From IMG/VR virus record IMGVR_UViG_3300038451_000684: a DNA stretch of 64,000 nt; one strand, 5' to 3'. This DNA comes from a virus (lineage: Duplodnaviria > Heunggongvirae > Uroviricota > Caudoviricetes). Within the stretch, counting starts at the first letter, position 1. Each line of letters opens with the position of its first letter. The notes below the pieces were generated by a model that saw only the letters and a list, made by a program, of their open reading frames with translations, made no database searches and was not told where the DNA came from. A program made the position numbers and the translations under genes. Shown one piece after another: positions 30,481 to 39,800 of this stretch.

Positions 30481-30897
30481 TTAAGCTGCTGTTTTTGACT
30501 CCTGGCCGCGCCGGTAGGCATCGAGTATAGAATTCTGCATCACTCGCTCGTACTTTGCTCCATTCCACACTTCCAGTAGGTCCTTGATCTCCTCTGGTAC
30601 TTCCGGCGCGGGGGCGAGGAACATCCGTCTCTGCCAATCCGAACATGCCCATTTTACGTTCGTGCGAGAATGTTCCCTGATTACCTCTTCCACAAAGTCG
30701 TCTGTTGGTATTAGTGGATTCTCGGACAGCCAGTGGAGAGCTGCTTCGAGAGCGACACTAGCACGACCACTGGCTTGTTGTTCTGGCGTGCTGGAACTTG
30801 GCTCGAATGCATCGACTTTGCAATATTCATAGAGCAACAGCCGCTCAACTGCTGCTCTATGCATTCCCTCCGGTACAACAATCTTCTTCTCGCTCAT
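30481..30897 (-). CDS. hypothetical protein (~138 aa, MSEKKIVVPEGMHRAA...)
   Basis: Internal start chosen because upstream codons overlap the next gene. Coordinates are +/-3 nt. Confidence 0.4.
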   Translation of the reverse strand: MSEKKIVVPEGMHRAAVERLLLYEYCKVDAFEPSSSTPEQQASGRASVALEAALHWLSENPLIPTDDFVEEVIREHSRTNVKWACSDWQRRMFLAPAPEVPEEIKDLLEVWNGAKYERVMQNSILDAYRRGQESKTAA

Positions 30898-31024
30898 TGC
30901 TCTTCCTCCAGAATCGGACAGCCATTGGGATACGTCGAAACAGGCTTTTCCTTGCTCCGACGTATCCGCTTCTCTGGTTGTTTCTCTGGAACCTTCTCTT
31001 TTTTCTCTGTCATCCGTCACTCGA

Positions 31025-31312
31025 TTACAACTCAATGCCAGCTTCATTCTCAACAACTTCGATCTTCGCTTTCACCCTGAAGACTTTGTTCAGGATGTAT
31101 TCGCCCACCATGTTTTCGGCGTATCCGGTGCTCAATGCCGCTGTATTGAGCTTGGTAAAAACAACCAGATCGTTCATAGGGTCTAGTGGAATCGAAGGAT
31201 CTGGATTCGCATCGGAGTTAAGAACAGCGTAGAGCTTTTTGGGATAGTCTTCTGGGTCCATCATCAGTTGCATGGGCTCCCCACATGCTTCGCACTTCGG
31301 TGTGTCTGCCAT
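31025..31312 (-). CDS. hypothetical protein (95 aa)
   Basis: ORF with CxxC near the N-terminus. Confidence 0.4.
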   Translation of the reverse strand: MADTPKCEACGEPMQLMMDPEDYPKKLYAVLNSDANPDPSIPLDPMNDLVVFTKLNTAALSTGYAENMVGEYILNKVFRVKAKIEVVENEAGIEL

Positions 31313-31533
31313 TACGCTTTCTCCTTATGTTCTAACTGGAAGCGCAATCTTGATGCGAATTCTTCTTGCCGCACCATCATGGGCTCCATGGAAAATGTCG
31401 CTCCAGGTGTTCCTGTGTACAGCACCCGTATGTTGTTTTGCTCTGCCAATCTGTGGAATATCTCAGTGTCGCGTCGGTCCTCTGGAATCAGAGCGACCAC
31501 AGGAACCGCTCCATATTGAACTTCCAATTTCAT
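31312..31533 (-). CDS. hypothetical protein (73 aa, start MKLEVQYGAV)
   Basis: Internal ATG with GAGGAAG RBS avoids overlap with 31557..32420. Confidence 0.35.
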   Translation of the reverse strand: MKLEVQYGAVPVVALIPEDRRDTEIFHRLAEQNNIRVLYTGTPGATFSMEPMMVRQEEFASRLRFQLEHKEKA

Positions 31534-31556
31534 CTTCTTCCTCGCTCGCAGACGTG

Positions 31557-32420
31557 CTAGTTCACGCCCTTGGTCAATGTCGGACTTCCACCGATGATGA
31601 ACGTGCAGTTTGCGCCCTGATGACCGCATACCCCCTGCTGCATCTTGATGCGTTCAAGCTGGATGTACTGATCTGGTGAAAGGTGCATGTTCTCGCGGTA
31701 GGCATTGTCGGCATCTGCCCGGCTTGTCTCTGCCGCTTTACGTTGATCCTCGGCGAGCTTGCGCTGCTGTTCCGTAATAACTCTCTGTTCCTGCGCCGCC
31801 GTTTCAATGCGCTGGCTCTTGATGGCGTCTGGTGGATTGACGCGACCGACATTGACGGCAGTGAGCGCAATCGGAACTCCGGTTTGCACGACGATGGTTC
31901 GTGAGGCTGTTTCGACCTCCTGGCCAACAACATCCGCCGCCGACTGATCGATGGCCATCTCCTGCATATCGCGCTTCTTCACGGCATCGCGAACGGCGTT
32001 CTGAATGGGCTGGTCGAGATTGCGGTTCCAGAAGCCCCAGGTGCTTGGTTGCCCGGATGCATCTGTGCCGCGGTCGGCGCCGAACTTCGACACCAGTTTC
32101 ACAGAGTCAGTAACCCTGAACGTCAGCACAACATGGAAGCTGACTGGAACTCCGCTCTTCGTCATCATGTCGTCGAATTCCATATCGACGCGCTGTGGCC
32201 GCATATCCAGATCGATGTGATCGCTGGTAAGGGCGCCGAAGGACAAGCCGGAAGAAACGGGCGTGTCATCAACGCCGCCATGACCAAAAATCATTGGATG
32301 CTCAACCCAGACGGCCTCATGCCCGGCATCGGGTGAAGCGATGCTGCATCCAGACAACGGAATTGACGCGAGCAAAACCACGATAAGCGCAAACCTTCTC
32401 ATTGCCTTCCCCCTGTGCAA
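31557..32420 (-). CDS. SPFH/band-7 (stomatin/prohibitin-like) lipoprotein (287 aa)
   Basis: Lipoprotein signal LLASIPLSGCS. Central region fits the SPFH architecture, followed by a coiled-coil Q/E/R-rich segment. Confidence 0.45.
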   Translation of the reverse strand: MHRGKAMRRFALIVVLLASIPLSGCSIASPDAGHEAVWVEHPMIFGHGGVDDTPVSSGLSFGALTSDHIDLDMRPQRVDMEFDDMMTKSGVPVSFHVVLTFRVTDSVKLVSKFGADRGTDASGQPSTWGFWNRNLDQPIQNAVRDAVKKRDMQEMAIDQSAADVVGQEVETASRTIVVQTGVPIALTAVNVGRVNPPDAIKSQRIETAAQEQRVITEQQRKLAEDQRKAAETSRADADNAYRENMHLSPDQYIQLERIKMQQGVCGHQGANCTFIIGGSPTLTKGVN

Positions 32421-32562
32421 TTGGTTGTGGATCTGTTCTTGTTAAATTGCGCGGGCCGGGCGCTACTCCGGCTTCCTTATTCCAAAGGACCGCATCTAGT
32501 GGTGATAAATCTGTCCAACTATCAACGGGTGTCTGCTTTCCACGCCGCCGCGCACACTCGAA

Positions 32563-33021
32563 TTACGCTTTCTCCGCCGGACGCTGCTTCCGGGCATAGC
32601 GCCGCTTCTTCACGACCGCATTTCCGTTCTCGTCTTTGCCCAGCGACGGGATTTCCTGGCCGCTGCGCTCACGAACCAGATTCAATCGTGGCTCCAAAGG
32701 AATGTCCACATGCTCATCGACCTCAGTCTCTTCGATCTCGCCAGATTGCTCTGTTTCCGCCGGCCGCTTCACTTCGATCTTGGTCTTGACTTCGGCCAGA
32801 TCGAATCCGCGAAGCCTCAAATGCACATCAACCGTGCCATCGTAGCCGCCCGTGTAAGCATCCGCTTCGCGCAGATCGCAGTTGTGGCGCAGATTCTCCG
32901 CCACCTGTTCCAGCACATCGTTGATGATTTCTTCGCCCGTCAAACCCTCTACGTAATCGTCTTCCACCCTATGCCGCCTCTCTTGGTTGATGAATTTCGC
33001 GATCCAGTTCAACCGCGTCAA
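32563..33021 (-). CDS. acidic hypothetical protein (152 aa)
   Basis: ORF only. Confidence 0.4.
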   Translation of the reverse strand: MTRLNWIAKFINQERRHRVEDDYVEGLTGEEIINDVLEQVAENLRHNCDLREADAYTGGYDGTVDVHLRLRGFDLAEVKTKIEVKRPAETEQSGEIEETEVDEHVDIPLEPRLNLVRERSGQEIPSLGKDENGNAVVKKRRYARKQRPAEKA

Positions 33022-33244
33022 TCAGCTTGACCATGTCGTCCTCGTTCAAATTTCCACCAGCATCGGACACATCCATGCCCCAGCCGTCATACGTTCCATC
33101 CTCGGTTCTGAAGAAATGCGATGTGCCCGTGGACTCTACCACCAAATGCCCTTGTCCCCCCGGCGCAGCTTCAATCACAGAAACCTTCCCGATCAGATTG
33201 AGCGTTTCTGTCTGCCCATCACAGCGCACTACCTGAATCTTCAT
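32969..33244 (-). CDS. hypothetical protein (91 aa)
   Basis: ORF only. Confidence 0.35.
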   Translation of the reverse strand: MKIQVVRCDGQTETLNLIGKVSVIEAAPGGQGHLVVESTGTSHFFRTEDGTYDGWGMDVSDAGGNLNEDDMVKLIDAVELDREIHQPREAA

Positions 33245-33476
33245 CGTGCCGCTCCTCGTGTTCGTATTTTGTCTTCAGCGCCAGGAACTTTCTCAGGGTG
33301 CCTGGAAATGGACTTACACGACAGGACTCAATCAGTTGCACCGTGCGCCGGCTGATGTCCAAAACTTCCGCCAGCCTGACCTGGGTAAAAAGATTCTTTT
33401 TCCGGAACTGCGACCATTCCTGCTTGCGGCTCTCTCGCTGCTGCAGGTCTTCCTCACTAGGCTTCGGTCTTGGCAT
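33219..33476 (-). CDS. XRE-family helix-turn-helix transcriptional regulator (85 aa)
   Basis: Segment LFTQVRLAEVLDISRRTVQLIES is a classic HTH_XRE. Divergent from the + strand early genes across the control region. Confidence 0.6.
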   Translation of the reverse strand: MPRPKPSEEDLQQRESRKQEWSQFRKKNLFTQVRLAEVLDISRRTVQLIESCRVSPFPGTLRKFLALKTKYEHEERHDEDSGSAL

Positions 33477-33526
33477 ATCTCACCCCTAACTTCATCGAAA
33501 ATCCGTGCCCTGTCAACAATGATTTT

Positions 33527-33832
33527 TTAATCGGCAAACACCCTAGTTTGCGCCTTGCGCAATCTGTCAGCACCAGCAACATAACAGCGGCCAATAATCG
33601 CCGACGCAGGAATTGGCATTGAACTGCAAACTTCCCAATGAGCCCCGCCAGTTACAAAATGCGCCTTTACAAAAAACACATAGGCACCCCCAAAAGTAAC
33701 TGCATCTTCCATGTGCTGCGCAAAATACGTTGTCGCCTGAAATCCTTCCTTCTCGATCTCAGAAACCATTCCCTTGCTGTTCGTGCCATAAAACCAAACC
33801 ATTTGCTCATTCATGCTTCGCACCTGTTTCAC
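33527..33832 (-). CDS. hypothetical protein (101 aa)
   Basis: ORF only. Confidence 0.35.
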   Translation of the reverse strand: MKQVRSMNEQMVWFYGTNSKGMVSEIEKEGFQATTYFAQHMEDAVTFGGAYVFFVKAHFVTGGAHWEVCSSMPIPASAIIGRCYVAGADRLRKAQTRVFAD

Positions 33833-33847
33833 GAGGAACCTTTGCGC

Positions 33848-34081
33848 CTACCACACGTCTTGCCTAAACTCTTGCGGTCTGCGAATCCGCTTTCTTGCCC
33901 GGTACTGTTGCATTCCCTTCCGGCCTCTTCCGCCACGCGTCAGATACCGCTGCAACGGAGTTTCCGCATAAAAATTGTCACAGAGAAGCTTCATCAACTT
34001 GGCCAGTTTTGTCGGATTGATCTTTCGCAAAGCACACATAACTCCACTCATCCACTTTGCGCAGAAGTTACGCTTATCCAA
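33848..34081 (-). CDS. basic hypothetical protein (77 aa)
   Basis: ORF only. Confidence 0.3.
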   Translation of the reverse strand: MDKRNFCAKWMSGVMCALRKINPTKLAKLMKLLCDNFYAETPLQRYLTRGGRGRKGMQQYRARKRIRRPQEFRQDVW

Positions 34082-34685
34082 TTTTTTTGTCTACTGTGAT
34101 TTTCAGGTGCGCTTTCTTTGCGCCCAAGTTGCGCCCCGGTGTTTTCTCTTTCAGAAATTTCTATATTTTCAATTGCGCCAGAATTGCGCTTTAGGGTTTT
34201 CAAGTTATAAGAAAATGGGAGGTTCAAAGGCGTCGACGACGACGAGCGCCCCCCCCCTCCCGGACAACCTGGCGACAACGGACAGGGCCGCGCCCGGTAG
34301 CCTATTGGGGCGCCGACACGATACAAAGCAATAGGTGACGCCAAACCTACAGAATTAGCGGCGGTATGCCCTCTGTACGCGCTGGACAGCCCCTTACAGG
34401 GACTTTGCGGTAGCTCATGGCCTTGACTGCCGGACTTGCTAGCCTGCCATGCCAGAGCGCTCGCGCACCCCCGCAGACGCGGCGGTATTGACGTGACAGC
34501 TTGCGCCTGCTTTTTGATAGGTGGCCATGAATCTGACCTTGGGGCGAAAAGGCTTTACTCTATCCAGCCGTTTTTTCTTGCACTTGGGCGGCACCCCTAG
34601 CACCATGGAAACGCCCCGGCACGACATATCTATATATAGGTGCGCACGGCGCGAATACCGCACGACTGTATAACAGAAAATAAAT

Positions 34686-34737
34686 TGCACTCTGGTGCAA
34701 TTTATGCTTGACACTGTAGAGCGGAAAGGCGCAAAGT
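34686..34737 (+). promoter_or_regulatory. early promoter module 1: palindromic operator TGCACTCTGGTGCA + TTGACA -35 + conserved GAGCGgAAAGGCGCAAAGT
   Basis: One of three near-identical modules, with the others at 36636 and 44080. Confidence 0.5.
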
Positions 34738-34775
34738 TGTATCAGTTCGATGTTACAGGGCGAACGCCCGGAAGG

Positions 34776-34982
34776 ATGACGATTATGTACACACAAGAGA
34801 TTGCAACCGATGAATATCAGTTTGAGCACGCGCCCTCAGCATACGGGTTTGATTACCGGCATCAAGCATGGGTAAAAGATGGGAAGTATATTTCATGCGG
34901 TCACGGAAACAAACCCGCTTGCGGCTGCTATGGCGCAATCCATGCAGGCGAACCCATTGCAGCCGATGCAGAAGTTGAGTAA
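34776..34982 (+). CDS. Cys-rich hypothetical protein (~66-69 aa)
   Basis: ATG at 34776 or 34785 downstream of AAGGA. Contains CGHGNKPACGCYG. Confidence 0.4.
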   Translation: MTIMYTQEIATDEYQFEHAPSAYGFDYRHQAWVKDGKYISCGHGNKPACGCYGAIHAGEPIAADAEVE

Positions 34983-35278
34983 TCGATACAGCGCAATCTT
35001 TCACGCAACACAACAGGGCATTGCCCAAGAGGAGAAAGCATCATGGCTATTACGTTGATTGTTCTTTCAGGCGCGATTATCGGCGGAGTATGGATCATGC
35101 GCGAACACACGGCACACAAGCGGCAAGTGCAAGCGGCGAACGGGCAACGGCTGGCCAATGTGATACGCTCGTGACGGGTTTTTCCCGTCCATCGGGTAAT
35201 CGGTCCCGATGCTGAATGAGCGCGGCCAGTGGTCAAGCGCGAAACGGGAGCATAGCTCCGAATCCCAAGGGGGATAGA

Positions 35279-36229
35279 ATGAGCACAAACTATCACAACT
35301 TTACAATCGGCGCGGCAATCAATCCTAACGTTGCACTCCGCATGCAGACACCGTTAACCATGGAAGCGCTGCAGCACTATGCGCCGTCCGCGTTCGCCAC
35401 GGCCGCGCACGAGTCACGCTCTGACCGATATACATACATTCCTACTTCGGAGATTATCGCCGGTTTGGTCAAAGAGGGGTTCCAGCCTTTCAGCGCGACT
35501 CAGAGCCGTTGCAGGATTGCCGGAAAATCTGATTTTACGAAACACATGATAAAGTTTCGTCACCCCGATTCTTTCAGTGCAATCCAAAAAGTGGGCGATT
35601 CCGTGCCGGAAGTCGTGCTAGTCAACAGCCACGACGGAACCAGTGCGTACAAGTTGAGTGCCGGCTTGTACCGGCTGGTTTGCTCTAATGGGCTCATGGT
35701 TGCCGACTCTACCGTCCAGATGGTCAAGATCATGCACAAGGGCAATATCGTCGACCAAGTCATCGAAGGATCTTTCGAGATTGTCCAACAGTCCGAAAAA
35801 GCGCTCGCACGCGCCGATGATTGGCAACAGTTACAGCTTACGGCAGGCGAACAGGGCGCCTTTGCGGACGCGGCGCGCACATTGCGCTTCGCGGACGCGG
35901 ACGGCGAGATTAAAACGCCTATCACGGCCGAACAGCTTTTACGTCCCCGCCGTGACGAGGATGCACCAGGGCGTACGAATGACTGGCGGCGGCCTGCCAC
36001 TCCGAAACCGGACCTCTGGCACACGTTGAACGTGGTACAGGAAAACGTGGTCCGTGGCGGCCTGCACGCATGGCAACAGGGTATTGACGCGAATACAGGG
36101 CGCAAGACTGCCCGGCGCGTCACAACTCGTGAGGTGCGCGGCATCGATCAAGACGTAAAGCTCAACCGGGCTCTATGGATGCTCGCCGAAAAAATGGCGG
36201 AACTGAAGGGCATGGCTGTAGCGGCCTAG
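35279..36229 (+). CDS. DUF932-like phage/ICE-associated protein (316 aa)
   Basis: Start MSTNYHNFTIG after AAGGGGGATAGA RBS. Core LVNSHDGTSAYKLSAGLYRLVCSNGLMV resembles DUF932 family members. Assigned from memory of the family. Confidence 0.45.
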   Translation: MSTNYHNFTIGAAINPNVALRMQTPLTMEALQHYAPSAFATAAHESRSDRYTYIPTSEIIAGLVKEGFQPFSATQSRCRIAGKSDFTKHMIKFRHPDSFSAIQKVGDSVPEVVLVNSHDGTSAYKLSAGLYRLVCSNGLMVADSTVQMVKIMHKGNIVDQVIEGSFEIVQQSEKALARADDWQQLQLTAGEQGAFADAARTLRFADADGEIKTPITAEQLLRPRRDEDAPGRTNDWRRPATPKPDLWHTLNVVQENVVRGGLHAWQQGIDANTGRKTARRVTTREVRGIDQDVKLNRALWMLAEKMAELKGMAVAA

Positions 36230-36311
36230 ATCCTTCCACCTGGGCGGGCGAGTTCTTCGCCCGCTTCATCCTTCAATCCAATTTAAAACGGGTGCTGCAG
36301 GGGAGGGACCT

Positions 36312-36599
36312 ATGCCGCAAGACACACACACTAGCACAATTAGCGACTTCGGAATTAAGCCACGATTCAAGAGCACATCTGCAAACGAGACGGCAGAAGA
36401 ATTGATTCATATAGCCGTCCAAAAAGTGTTTGACCGTTGTAACGCAGTAGATAACGCGTGCGCGAAAGACTTCGCCGGAGAGATTAGAGACGCGGCGGCA
36501 AGCATAACGCACTATACCGCTTCCAAACGCACAACCGAACGGATACGAAAAGCTGTAGCGGACGCATTTTGGGGAAACAAGCGGGAACCGTGGAATTAA
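36312..36599 (+). CDS. hypothetical protein (95 aa)
   Basis: GGGGAGGG RBS 6 nt before ATG. Confidence 0.45.
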   Translation: MPQDTHTSTISDFGIKPRFKSTSANETAEELIHIAVQKVFDRCNAVDNACAKDFAGEIRDAAASITHYTASKRTTERIRKAVADAFWGNKREPWN

Positions 36600-36611
36600 A
36601 TCGAACGCTCT

Positions 36612-36629
36612 TTTGATAGGCGCCCAAAA
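36612..36629 (+). promoter_or_regulatory. post-stop motif TTTGATAGGCGCCCAAAA (representative of 8 copies)
   Basis: Family yTTTGATAGnnGcCCAAAa sits directly after stop codons of + strand early genes. Copies are at 34513, 36612, 38289, 39728, 40689, 41766, 44058 and 44143. Confidence 0.5.
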
Positions 36630-36635
36630 TAATCT

Positions 36636-36685
36636 CACCATAGTGTATTTTCTGCTTGACACTACGGAGCGCGGAAGCGCAAAGT
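36636..36685 (+). promoter_or_regulatory. early promoter module 2 (CACCATAGTG half-operator, TTGACA, GAGCGCGGAAGCGCAAAGT)
   Basis: Same architecture as module 1. Confidence 0.5.
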
Positions 36686-36721
36686 ATCAACAGAATCAAA
36701 ATTCGAAAGGGGAAAGACGCC

Positions 36722-37318
36722 ATGAAGTCACAGAAACGCATCCAAAAAATCACAGTTCAGCGAATTGACGACAATGAAGGCCCGGACACCAGTTATCCCA
36801 GCTATCTGGGGGAGTATGCCAGCAAGCCTACCAGCGAATTTAGCATCGACCGTGACCACGCTGAAGATTGCCCGCGGTTCTGGGCAAACGATGATATTCC
36901 CGATGACGCCAGAGTGTGTGATTGCACCACTCATGACCAAAACACTTATCGTTATTTCAATCCCGGCTCTGTAGAACCTTTTGACCCGGCTGCAAGCTGG
37001 ATTCCCGCCGATGTGACCGATAAGCACGCCCATTGGTTAGCAGCCATGCGCGAAAATGCCAGCGACGATTATGCACGCATGGAAGCCTACAACCGCGAAG
37101 AGTGGCATTTCATCGGCATTCAGGCGCAGGCGGAGATTGTTCTCGATGGGACTTGTCAGACTATTAAGTCTGGCGGACTATGGGGCATTGAATCGGACTC
37201 TGATGAATCGTATCTTTGCCATGTTGAGCGCGAGGAACTGACCTCCCTACGCGGCATTCTTCACACCATGGGATTTTCGAAACGCGCCATTGCCGCCGCC
37301 TGCAAGGGGACAAAATGA
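36722..37318 (+). CDS. hypothetical protein (198 aa)
   Basis: ATG after GGGGAAAGACGCC. Acidic with several Cys/His. Confidence 0.5.
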   Translation: MKSQKRIQKITVQRIDDNEGPDTSYPSYLGEYASKPTSEFSIDRDHAEDCPRFWANDDIPDDARVCDCTTHDQNTYRYFNPGSVEPFDPAASWIPADVTDKHAHWLAAMRENASDDYARMEAYNREEWHFIGIQAQAEIVLDGTCQTIKSGGLWGIESDSDESYLCHVEREELTSLRGILHTMGFSKRAIAAACKGTK

Positions 37319-37521
37319 ACCGTGAATACGTTCTATGGGGTTTGCCCGCCGGATCCAACGACCCGATAGACGAAAAAGTATTATCGACGCAAGCGAAAAC
37401 GCCTCAACAGATGGATACGGTCAAGCAAGCAGCCTTGCTTGATGGCTGGCATTCGTTCCGCGTCCAGATCCTAGACTTGGATGCAAAGCCGGATTTTGCC
37501 GGAGTAGTCAAGCACAGCTAA
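37315..37521 (+). CDS. hypothetical protein (68 aa)
   Basis: ATGA-coupled to the upstream gene. Confidence 0.4.
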   Translation: MNREYVLWGLPAGSNDPIDEKVLSTQAKTPQQMDTVKQAALLDGWHSFRVQILDLDAKPDFAGVVKHS

Positions 37522-37523
37522 CC

Positions 37524-37556
37524 ACCCGCCCGCCCGTGGGCTGGTACGCGGGCTGA
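37524..37556 (+). repeat. GC hairpin repeat CCGCCCGCCCGTGGGCTGGTACGCGGGC (copy 1 of 2)
   Basis: Inverted repeat GCCCGC...GCGGGC lies immediately after a stop codon. A second copy is at 37872..37906. Confidence 0.45.
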
Positions 37557-37573
37557 AACGGAAAGGGGAACCG

Positions 37574-37870
37574 ATGAACGTAGCAATCAAGGTTACGACC
37601 ACCAGCACCACGCTAGGCAATCCAGCGCTCACCACGTATGAGCAAATTGCGCGGGCGGACAGCCACTCAAACGCCGTACATTTTCTCATTACCGATGCAC
37701 CCGACGATATGCCGCGCAGGGAGGTCTATGCGCAATTTTGCCGCATTGCACCTTGTAAGCAATTTGCCAAGGGACACGGCGAAACAGGCAGCCCGGAGCG
37801 CCAACACTACGGAACAATTTACCCGTGGGCAGAGATTGCCGACAAACCGCAAGGCGCAATGATTTTCTGA
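37574..37870 (+). CDS. hypothetical protein (98 aa)
   Basis: GGGGAACCG ATG start. Confidence 0.4.
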   Translation: MNVAIKVTTTSTTLGNPALTTYEQIARADSHSNAVHFLITDAPDDMPRREVYAQFCRIAPCKQFAKGHGETGSPERQHYGTIYPWAEIADKPQGAMIF

Positions 37871-37871
37871 T

Positions 37872-37906
37872 TCTCGCGCCCGCCCGTGGGCCGATACGCG
37901 GGCAAG
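37872..37906 (+). repeat. GC hairpin repeat CGCGCCCGCCCGTGGGCCGATACGCGGGC (copy 2 of 2)
   Basis: Near-identical to 37524..37556. Sits after a stop codon and before the next RBS. Confidence 0.45.
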
Positions 37907-37917
37907 GAAAATTCACA

Positions 37918-38268
37918 ATGAATGAACGCGATTTTTTTGACAAGCAAGCTGCGGCAGGAACTCTCCAAGGATCTGTAACGGGAAATCCAGCCGCCGCCGT
38001 CCGCGCATTGGGACCGATAAAGACCATTCTCATTGGATGCGGCGCAATGCTGAACACCGAAACCAATACGCCCGCTATGGAAAAGCGCGTCCTGAAAGCA
38101 GCTCACAAGGCCCTCAACCGGCGCAATCTGACAGCCATTTTCGAGCATGGCCAATGGTGGATTGAACACTTGCCAAGCGGCGCACAGTGGGCAGTTAATG
38201 ACGCGAGCGGTCCGAGTTGCCCGGATGGATTCGACTTTGAACAGGTAACGCAAGGCAACGAAGATTAG
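37918..38268 (+). CDS. hypothetical protein (116 aa)
   Basis: ATG after AAGGAAAATTCACA. Confidence 0.45.
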   Translation: MNERDFFDKQAAAGTLQGSVTGNPAAAVRALGPIKTILIGCGAMLNTETNTPAMEKRVLKAAHKALNRRNLTAIFEHGQWWIEHLPSGAQWAVNDASGPSCPDGFDFEQVTQGNED

Positions 38269-38363
38269 GCGCAAAGTCCGTATTCTGGACTTTTGATAGG
38301 TGCCCAAGAATAGCGAACCATTTTGAAAAACCGGCCGCGAATCCGGCCAGAACCGAGGACAGC

Positions 38364-38654
38364 ATGAAATTTCAGCTTGAAATTGAATTGGGCAACGATG
38401 CCATGCAGACGCGCCGTGACATTGAAGAGGTATTACGCAGGACAGGGCAAAATCTTGCTTATATGTGTGACCCGCCCGAAGACGGCGACGAAGGCCCCAT
38501 TTTCGACTTGAACGGCAACAAGGTAGGAACATGGACGGTCACAGGTCAACGGCAAGCGTACGGCCAATGTATCAGCGAAGAAGAATTAGCAAGCGAGCGG
38601 GAACAGTTGAGCACAGAAGATCGTGACAAGCTGGATGCCCTGCCAAATGGCTAG
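38364..38654 (+). CDS. acidic hypothetical protein (96 aa)
   Basis: Preceded by the conserved leader AACCGAGGACAGCATG. Confidence 0.45.
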   Translation: MKFQLEIELGNDAMQTRRDIEEVLRRTGQNLAYMCDPPEDGDEGPIFDLNGNKVGTWTVTGQRQAYGQCISEEELASEREQLSTEDRDKLDALPNG

Positions 38655-38855
38655 TATCACAGCCCCGGCAAAGCCGGATTAGTGAAAGGTTACAGAATGA
38701 GACGAATCAGCAAAAGACGCTTCTACAGCTACGGCGGTTTTTCTAATCCGCATTGCATTCGCGTGACACGCGGCAAAAAATGGGCATACTTCTACGCGTT
38801 ATAGTTCAACCTCAACCCCTAACAGCGGCACAGCCGCAGAATCGAGCATCGATCA

Positions 38856-39181
38856 TGGCACAGGAACCAAAACAGATTATTGACATTCCCGAACTCAACA
38901 ACGAACAGGGCGCGGCAAAATTGGAGCTTAGCACGCGTAAGTATAGCAACGGGCAAATTGTTTCCGCCGCGCACATCCATTATGCAAAAGATGGAATGCT
39001 GACCTTTATGATGTATAGCGACTTCAGTAAGACCATGCTCCGCATCAAAGGCCGCGCCACACAAAAGACGCTGGACGCCCAACACGCGCAGGCATTCACA
39101 CCGGAGAGCATCGAAGCCTTGAAGGTCGAAGCGCTGGCATTCTATGCCAGCAAGCGCAAACGCGAAGCCATAGCAGCCTAA
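38856..39181 (+). CDS. hypothetical protein (~108 aa)
   Basis: Start chosen at MAQEPKQ. Weak RBS. Confidence 0.35.
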
Positions 39182-39270
39182 CAGCTCAAGCCGTGAGCGC
39201 GGTCACCTGGCCGCGCCCTTTCGTCCATCGCATCATAACGGGCGCACAGCCCCAAGAATTGAGGTTCGCA

Positions 39271-39720
39271 ATGCCAGAACAAGACAACATTTCCGGCGAA
39301 GTAATTTATAGCTACACCCGTGCACAAGCAATTGCAGACGGCGTTTTGGTGGATCTTTCGGACCCGTCTTTCACCTTCCGGCCTAGCCTGCCCATTCTGA
39401 AAGAAGCGGGAATCAAGTTTCCCGTTGCCATGACTTCGGCCGCCTTTGCGCGCACTGTGCAAGATCCTGATACCAATGAGCCATTACCGCCCGGCCAAGA
39501 CGTGAGCGGCCGTCTCTGGGACGTGCTGACAGTCTTCAAGCTCTACGCACGACGCGGCGGAAGTACGATGTTCTTTCCGGTTTGCGTCCAGAATTGGGTA
39601 TATGTCGGCGGCAAGCGCACGGCAAATATAAAGCATGAAGACGTGAACCTAAAGGCGGTTTGCGGTCCTGGCGACACGCCCGCGCCCGTCATTACGATCA
39701 TGCTGCCCGATGAAGATTGA
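39271..39720 (+). CDS. hypothetical protein (149 aa)
   Basis: Start MPEQDN after the GGCGC-ACAG-CCCC leader hairpin. Confidence 0.4.
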   Translation: MPEQDNISGEVIYSYTRAQAIADGVLVDLSDPSFTFRPSLPILKEAGIKFPVAMTSAAFARTVQDPDTNEPLPPGQDVSGRLWDVLTVFKLYARRGGSTMFFPVCVQNWVYVGGKRTANIKHEDVNLKAVCGPGDTPAPVITIMLPDED

Positions 39721-39800
39721 AGTCCCATTTGATAGCTGACCAAACTTCTTGACCCATAACGCAACACAACGGGCGCACAGCGCCAAGATTCGAGTTTCCG

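Noticed and set aside
34082-34690. tRNA, tmRNA or att site in the control region
   Set aside because: No GTTCGAATC-type T-loop, cloverleaf or tmRNA tag-coding frame could be found by eye. It is kept only as an unexplained structured region.
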